64,000 nt of DNA from positions 396,451 to 460,450 of the forward strand of contig JAHPZH010000003.1 in assembly GCA_019058315.1 (NCBI GenBank), read 5' to 3'. The translations under genes and the position numbers were made by a program. Positions 58,676 through 64,000 of the stretch are shown one piece after another. The notes beneath the pieces are model-generated. The model saw only the letters and a list, made by a program, of their open reading frames with translations. It was not told the DNA's origin and made no database searches. The DNA is from Candidatus Helarchaeota archaeon (lineage in GTDB: Archaea > Asgardarchaeota > Lokiarchaeia > Helarchaeales > RDOG01). How positions within the stretch are numbered: the first letter of the stretch is position 1; every line of letters starts with the position of its first letter.

Positions 58676-59881
58676 ATGGAAGATATGAGAGAAGTTGCAA
58701 TAATTGGAGTCGGAAGGACTGAATTTCAACCAAAAAGTAGCTTTGCAGCAAGTGGAGGAGCTGCAGTAGAAGCAGCATATATGGATGTTAAAGGAAAAGG
58801 AAAAATTTTAGCAAAAGAAGATATTGAATTGGCATTTTTTGGCTGTACCACGAATATCGGTAATGCTGGTCAAATGGCAGTTCAGAAAGCTGATATGTTA
58901 GGAATGGGAGTCTTCAATATCGATAATGGATTTGTTACTGGAACCCAAGCATTGTATACTGCTTGGAGGTCTGTTGCAAGTGGTCTTCATGATATTGTGC
59001 TTGCTTTTGGTGCAGGGACTATGAAACCCGGTCAAGTTTCAATAAGTGCTGGGGGACAAGCATGGTGGTTTGAAGATACTGGTAAACCTTCGCCTTATAT
59101 TAGATTATATGCGCAATTAGCCAGGAAATATATGAAAGATTATAATATAACAAAAGAAATTCTAGCTAAAATCTCGGTTAAGAACCATAAAAATGGGAAA
59201 TTAAACCCAAATGCTTTGATAAAGGAAGAACTCACATTAGATCAGATTTTAAATTCAGATATAATTGCAGAACCATTAACCAAATATATGTGTGCACCTA
59301 CGGCATGCGGTGGAGTATGTTTAATATTGGCACCCGCTACTCAAGGTTATTATTATAGTAAAAATCCCATTAAAATTAAGGGATGTGCTATAACAAGCGG
59401 AAAGCCAGGGCTATCAACAATGGATTCTGCCTATGATGCTTTTACTCGTGCAATGCAAGAAGCTTGTCTTCAAGTGAGTCCATGGTTTAGCGCAAAAAAC
59501 ATAGATATTGCTCAGATTCATGATGCATTTTCAATAACAGAACTTATTACTTTGGAAGCTCTTGGGTTCTGTAAACGGGGAGAAGCAGCTAAATTCTATG
59601 AAAATGAGGCTACTTCATTAGAAGGAGAAATCCCTGTAAATACTGATGGAGGATTCATGGCAAACGGTTTAGTTCTAGGAGCTTCAGATTTAGCTCAAGT
59701 TGTTGAAAATGTTCTTCAATTAAGAGGAGATGCTGGGGATAGACAAGTTAAAAAAGAAAATATGAAATATGCCCTTTCAACAATGGGTGCAAGTGGCGGA
59801 AGTGGTTTTTGTGGTGGCATTGCAGGTCGTGGCTTTGGAACTGGTGGAGGATATGAAGTTACAATTTTAGAAAAATATTAA
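58676..59881 (+). CDS. SCP-x-type thiolase paralogue lacking the catalytic Cys and His
   Basis: DNGFVTG replaces N.C.SG; ANGLVLGAS replaces KGHP.GAT; IHDAF...E retained. Confidence 0.82.
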   Translation: MEDMREVAIIGVGRTEFQPKSSFAASGGAAVEAAYMDVKGKGKILAKEDIELAFFGCTTNIGNAGQMAVQKADMLGMGVFNIDNGFVTGTQALYTAWRSVASGLHDIVLAFGAGTMKPGQVSISAGGQAWWFEDTGKPSPYIRLYAQLARKYMKDYNITKEILAKISVKNHKNGKLNPNALIKEELTLDQILNSDIIAEPLTKYMCAPTACGGVCLILAPATQGYYYSKNPIKIKGCAITSGKPGLSTMDSAYDAFTRAMQEACLQVSPWFSAKNIDIAQIHDAFSITELITLEALGFCKRGEAAKFYENEATSLEGEIPVNTDGGFMANGLVLGASDLAQVVENVLQLRGDAGDRQVKKENMKYALSTMGASGGSGFCGGIAGRGFGTGGGYEVTILEKY

Positions 59882-59932
59882 TTTTTCTTTTTTTACCAAT
59901 ATTTTAATCAATTCATTTAGGGTTAATTTGAT

Positions 59933-60229
59933 ATGGAAGGTTTAATGAAAGAATTAAAAGACCTTCGTTATGTCATAAGCGAAACAGCGGCAAACATCAA
60001 GAGTCGTTCTTTATTATATAAGGATTTAGATGATCTTGAAGTTATTAAAAAAAGTAATCTCATTGAAGCACCGATTTGTAATAAAATTGAAGAATTATTA
60101 GATATCGAACAAAAAATAATTATAAACACTCCTTATCCAGAAAAAAAAATTGAAGAAATCTTAAACGATATTCAAGATGTTCAGCTTTATATTAATATTC
60201 ATTATTATCAATGGCTTCAATTCTTTTGA
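59933..60229 (+). CDS. Hypothetical helical protein
   Basis: 98-aa ORF co-oriented after the thiolases. Confidence 0.55.
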   Translation: MEGLMKELKDLRYVISETAANIKSRSLLYKDLDDLEVIKKSNLIEAPICNKIEELLDIEQKIIINTPYPEKKIEEILNDIQDVQLYINIHYYQWLQFF

Positions 60230-60263
60230 AAATTGTAGATTTTAAACTTCAATTTTTTCAATT

Positions 60264-61151
60264 TCAAATTGAAAATTGATCTTTTTTTGTAACAGGTACA
60301 GTTCTGATTCTAAATTCAAACGGTCCTTCTTCGAAAATTTTTCTATCAGTCTTCCATGAAAATAAACAGGGATCTGTCCCAAGAAAAAAAGGATTCAATT
60401 CAATTAAAATTACTTTGTCTTTTAAAATTGCAAAGTCAATTATGAAAGATTCTAAGGTAATTTTATTTTTGATAGTATTATAGAATTCTTTGATCCTTTT
60501 TTCAATTATTGGAATTTGTTTTGGTAAATTTGGGAAAAGGAGATAATGGTAATATTGAGAAATGGAATTTAAATTCTTTTTATGGATAAAACCTCGAAAT
60601 TCCATATCAATCGGAATATCAATCCATTCTCTTATGAATATTTTTTGAGTGAATCCTTTCTTTTTAGAAAATTGTAATGCTGTTACAAGATCATCATATA
60701 CCCTTTGACTATCAAGCAAGAGATCCATGGCTTCTTTTCCAGAGGATACTTTTAGACCGAGAATTGAAGATTTTACAATAGCAATTAATCTAGAATTTTC
60801 ATCCCCGTTACCTTTTTTTAGTTCCTCTTGAAATATTTCATCACTCTTTTTTCGAGCTATCCGACTATCTTTAGGACTACGGGTTGATAAACGAACAAAT
60901 GCCCCTTTTTTTTGGTCCTGAAAATTATTTATAATGTCATCAATGCGTTTTTCGGTTTTTTTTAATAATTTTTCCTCCTCAAGAGTAACTTTACCTTCTC
61001 CTTTTGATTTTTTGTAATAATGAACAAATGCATTGGCTAATTCGATTGACATAGGGAAGAAAATTGTATTCATTGTATAAGATTTGAGAGAATCATACCA
61101 GTTTTCTATATTCGTTTCATTTGAAATACGAAAAATATCTTCTTCATTCAT
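60264..61151 (-). CDS. Cdc123/D123-like (R2K clade) ATP-grasp protein
   Basis: IENWY, GAFVRLSTRSPKD, S.RV..DL, IREW..I...MEFRGF, ISQY, FIIDF, IELNPF, TD.CLFSW, FEFR. Confidence 0.82.
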   Translation of the reverse strand: MNEEDIFRISNETNIENWYDSLKSYTMNTIFFPMSIELANAFVHYYKKSKGEGKVTLEEEKLLKKTEKRIDDIINNFQDQKKGAFVRLSTRSPKDSRIARKKSDEIFQEELKKGNGDENSRLIAIVKSSILGLKVSSGKEAMDLLLDSQRVYDDLVTALQFSKKKGFTQKIFIREWIDIPIDMEFRGFIHKKNLNSISQYYHYLLFPNLPKQIPIIEKRIKEFYNTIKNKITLESFIIDFAILKDKVILIELNPFFLGTDPCLFSWKTDRKIFEEGPFEFRIRTVPVTKKDQFSI

Positions 61152-61280
61152 TTTTATTCTCCTAAAAGTAACAAACCAACTATCGAAACAAATATTACAT
61201 AAAAAAAAATATGAGATATAATTATTCTTTTCAACAATTTGGAATTTGAAAATTCTTCTTATTAATAAGTTTCTAAAAAA

Positions 61281-62012
61281 GTGATAAAAATGGGTTTGAA
61301 GGACTTTTTAGAGAAGATTACAGAATTTTTTGATCCGATTTTTGATAGGATGAACACAGGTTATTTTGGCATCTTGGTAGCTATTACTGGAGTAGCAACT
61401 ATTTCAATAGCTTCTATTTTATATGCCATGGTTGAACCATTTACCATCTTTTCGCATTGGATAAGTAATTTAGGTGGTGCTTGGACTAACTTATATCAAT
61501 CACCAAATGGCTCGAATATCGTTTTTTCAATAGGATTAATTATTTTGTGTATTTTTGTGATACCTTTTATTGTATATTTAGTAAAAATATTTGTTTCTAG
61601 AGATTTAAATTCGCCATTAATCTTTTTTGCCCTTGGATCTGGACTAATTACACTCATTGGACTTTTGGGCGTTGCATTTTTTGATATGAAAAGTCAACCT
61701 CTTATACATACGCTCAGTGCTGTAGCATTTTTTATTGGTGGGTTGTTTATGGTTTTCTTCTTCAGTCTTACCATGTTTTTTGATACAAAAATCTCAAGTA
61801 TTCATCCATTATTTGGAATAATAGTCGTAGGAGTAGGTTTCATATTTTTATTACCTTTTGTTCCCCTACTACTTCAAGGCGCAGACCTTGTGAGTCTTAT
61901 CGTTTCTACAGAACCAAGAATGGCTTTTTCGAGATTTTGGGAGTGGATGTATGTTTTTGCATTATTCGCTTGGATCTTTGATATGGGAGTTTTTACCTTA
62001 AAACTCGAATAA
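61281..62012 (+). CDS. DUF998/Frag1-like multi-TM protein
   Basis: WISNLG, F..GLI, H...A..FF, RFWEW; 5-6 TMs. Confidence 0.72.
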   Translation: MIKMGLKDFLEKITEFFDPIFDRMNTGYFGILVAITGVATISIASILYAMVEPFTIFSHWISNLGGAWTNLYQSPNGSNIVFSIGLIILCIFVIPFIVYLVKIFVSRDLNSPLIFFALGSGLITLIGLLGVAFFDMKSQPLIHTLSAVAFFIGGLFMVFFFSLTMFFDTKISSIHPLFGIIVVGVGFIFLLPFVPLLLQGADLVSLIVSTEPRMAFSRFWEWMYVFALFAWIFDMGVFTLKLE

Positions 62013-62093
62013 CTTACTAAAGTTACTCCATATATTAATTACTTTTTTTTATTTTTTCTCCTTTTATAATTCTGTTTTTATATTTCTAATTAA

Positions 62094-63086
62094 TTATGTC
62101 GCAGGGTAAAAAGCATAATATTTTAAACTATCCAATTCTAATCCAGCAACATAAGGTAAAAACTCATTTTCTACGCATTTTGAATAAGAATCATATGTTA
62201 AGTTAATAGGACTTGGGTAATCAACTACTAATACTGTTTTATTAGCTGCCAGTGCAATATTTAAATTTAAAATGCCTTGTTGACGCCAAGTGGCATCCGT
62301 GGGTTCATCTTCAAGATAAAATAAATCTTCACGACCAATTCCGTCGATATTATTTAAATATGTAGAATTTGAAAGAAGTTCGTCAGCGTTTTGAACAAAA
62401 ATAGTAAAATTATCTGCCACTTGTGATTTAGCATACTGTGAAATATTAATTACAAAATCCATCATTAACCAATCAGCATGAGGTATTGTGTCATTATAAT
62501 AATCATAAGCATCAATAATATCTAAATATATTCCATCAAATCCAGCTGAAATTATACGATCTAAATATTCAAACATAATATTTTGCCAGCCTACATACCA
62601 ATATTTAACCTTAAAATTTCCTGGCCAATCAGGATTTTCCGCATCTAACCAAATGGGATTTCCCACAGTCCATGTACTGTTCCAATAAAACCTGTAATCC
62701 TCAGCTTCGCCGATACTAAAATAAGAAATCAGAAGTTTTTTTGTATTTCCTATCGATTTCATATAACTAATATTAGCACTTGAGAATTCTCCTTCTTCAC
62801 ACCCATCTGAAGAATAATCTATTACGATAAGATCGTATTTTGAATTATTAATTTCATCCATATCGATATTTTGCAATAAATATGCCCAATCGTCAATGAT
62901 TGTTCCATTTATATCAAATTCAGTTCTATTTAATTTTTCGAATACAAAATAATCTGAATTATATTCCGTATCCAAAATTGGAAGAAAAATTGCATTATTT
63001 TTATTTAAGGCCATTAAGAGAATTATACCAGAAAAAGCAAAAAAAGTAATTGAAATTAAAATTGGAATTACATTTTTTCCACTCAT
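62094..63086 (-). CDS. Secreted GH114-like endo-alpha-1,4-polygalactosaminidase (MJ1477/TM1410-like)
   Basis: N-terminal TM; WAY.LQ, SY.SIGEAEDYR.YW, ENP.W.GN..V.YW, GFDG.YLD..D, QN, ED. Confidence 0.88.
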   Translation of the reverse strand: MSGKNVIPILISITFFAFSGIILLMALNKNNAIFLPILDTEYNSDYFVFEKLNRTEFDINGTIIDDWAYLLQNIDMDEINNSKYDLIVIDYSSDGCEEGEFSSANISYMKSIGNTKKLLISYFSIGEAEDYRFYWNSTWTVGNPIWLDAENPDWPGNFKVKYWYVGWQNIMFEYLDRIISAGFDGIYLDIIDAYDYYNDTIPHADWLMMDFVINISQYAKSQVADNFTIFVQNADELLSNSTYLNNIDGIGREDLFYLEDEPTDATWRQQGILNLNIALAANKTVLVVDYPSPINLTYDSYSKCVENEFLPYVAGLELDSLKYYAFYPAT

Positions 63087-63252
63087 TGTAAATCAATCCT
63101 AATATAATAATTTCTAATTGTAATATGAGCTATAGGTTAGGAATGTGTACGAATTATTCTTTAAATTTTTTTGCTCTAATTGAAATTTTTTACTTTAAAG
63201 CTAAAATTAATAAAATAAATGAAAGAAATAATAAATAATCGTATTTGTTGAT

Positions 63253-64000
63253 TTATACTATTCGATCACCTGCTTTTGGAGGCATCGAACAATAAATTTC
63301 TTCGATATCAAGAATTCCAATTGGAATTCCTTCGTATTCTTGAATTTCTTGAAATGTACCTCTTACCAGATACATCATAATTTCTAAACTCATCCCATAG
63401 CATGCCATAAAAGTTCCAGGCTTAATTCTTAAAAATTCTTCCTTAAGAATTGATGGAGTAAAAACTAGGCGATTTTGATTTACAGGTAAAAGTTCCATCG
63501 TCGGAATCATCATGGGATAACCATCTTCATCTATGAAAGAGATAAATTTTATATTGGATTTGGCCTTAAACACTTTCTCAACCATGGTTGGCATTAAATT
63601 TGGTTTATCTCTATCAGCTTTTCCCTCTTTTACGAAATTTTTAATGATTTTAGCAATTTTTCTATCAGTTTTTACTGGAGTATTTGGTGCAATGACTTTT
63701 TTCACATCTATAAAACCAACACGTGCGATCCCTGTATATGCGTTATTTTTAAAAAGCGGCTTTAGGTTGAAATACTCGTAATCTTTGCCTTCATATTCCC
63801 AATGAGTAAAATCACCTTTTACAACCCAGTTATTATTTTCAAGAGTCAAAAAATCTACACTGCATTTGATATTTTGTTCTAAATATTTTTTAGATCTCCC
63901 ATAGATAAATTCAGCAAACATTAATGTTTTATTATCTTTAGCTTCAAAAGAATTTATAAAAACTAGATTAGGTTTTTGATTTTCGTCTATCGTAGCTAGA
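63253..64000 (-). CDS. Tandem pyridoxamine-5'-phosphate-oxidase-like FMN-binding protein, partial (start beyond window)
   Basis: Frame is open upstream of 63921 (LATIDENQKPNLVFINSFEAKD); F..GRSK; second domain KFISFIDEDGYP; YCSMPP..GDRI. Confidence 0.78.
   Translation of the reverse strand, partial: LATIDENQKPNLVFINSFEAKDNKTLMFAEFIYGRSKKYLEQNIKCSVDFLTLENNNWVVKGDFTHWEYEGKDYEYFNLKPLFKNNAYTGIARVGFIDVKKVIAPNTPVKTDRKIAKIIKNFVKEGKADRDKPNLMPTMVEKVFKAKSNIKFISFIDEDGYPMMIPTMELLPVNQNRLVFTPSILKEEFLRIKPGTFMACYGMSLEIMMYLVRGTFQEIQEYEGIPIGILDIEEIYCSMPPKAGDRIV

Noticed and set aside
453-63781. Many short antisense or overlapping ORFs in the track (e.g. 453-731, 1254-1679, 6154-6453, 10874-11158, 24176-24553, 43967-44209, 47186-47554, 55191-56123, 63533-63781)
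   Set aside because: They are shadows of well-supported genes on the opposite strand and carry no motifs
1-64000. tRNA, rRNA, IS/integrase genes and selenocysteine read-through
   Set aside because: No GC-rich structured RNA segment, transposase or integrase motif, or in-frame TGA at a conserved Cys position was seen by eye; tRNAscan-SE or Infernal would be decisive

Overview
AT-rich archaeal DNA, most likely from an Asgard archaeon. It encodes many eukaryotic-signature proteins: Rag-like and Rab-like GTPases, roadblock, longin/uDENN and V4R domains, a UFC1-like E2 and a Cdc123-like ATP-grasp enzyme. An mmp15-mmp17-mmp7 operon (MCR-activation marker proteins) plus many acyl-CoA/lipid genes point to an alkyl-CoM-reductase lineage such as Helarchaeales (inference). 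No rRNA, tRNA, CRISPR array or transposase was seen. Main leads: (1) a six-gene roadblock/V4R/longin cluster with a duplicated cassette, using the folds of TRAPP and Ragulator; (2) a co-oriented Rag GTPase-TPR-CBS-uDENN run; (3) a HEAT-repeat/UFC1-like E2 fusion; (4) a 1657-aa WD40-HEAT-LRR scaffold upstream of a Rab-like GTPase; (5) an ARPP-1 (DUF6569) operon with a divergent RHH regulator and a perfect 13-bp inverted-repeat operator; (6) a Cdc123-like gene whose 3' duplicate brackets an SCP2/thiolase cassette; (7) two enzyme/pseudoenzyme tandem pairs. Three ORFs missing from the supplied track were translated by hand (1-221, 4434-4601, 12832-12942). All family assignments come from motif recognition by eye; no database search was run.
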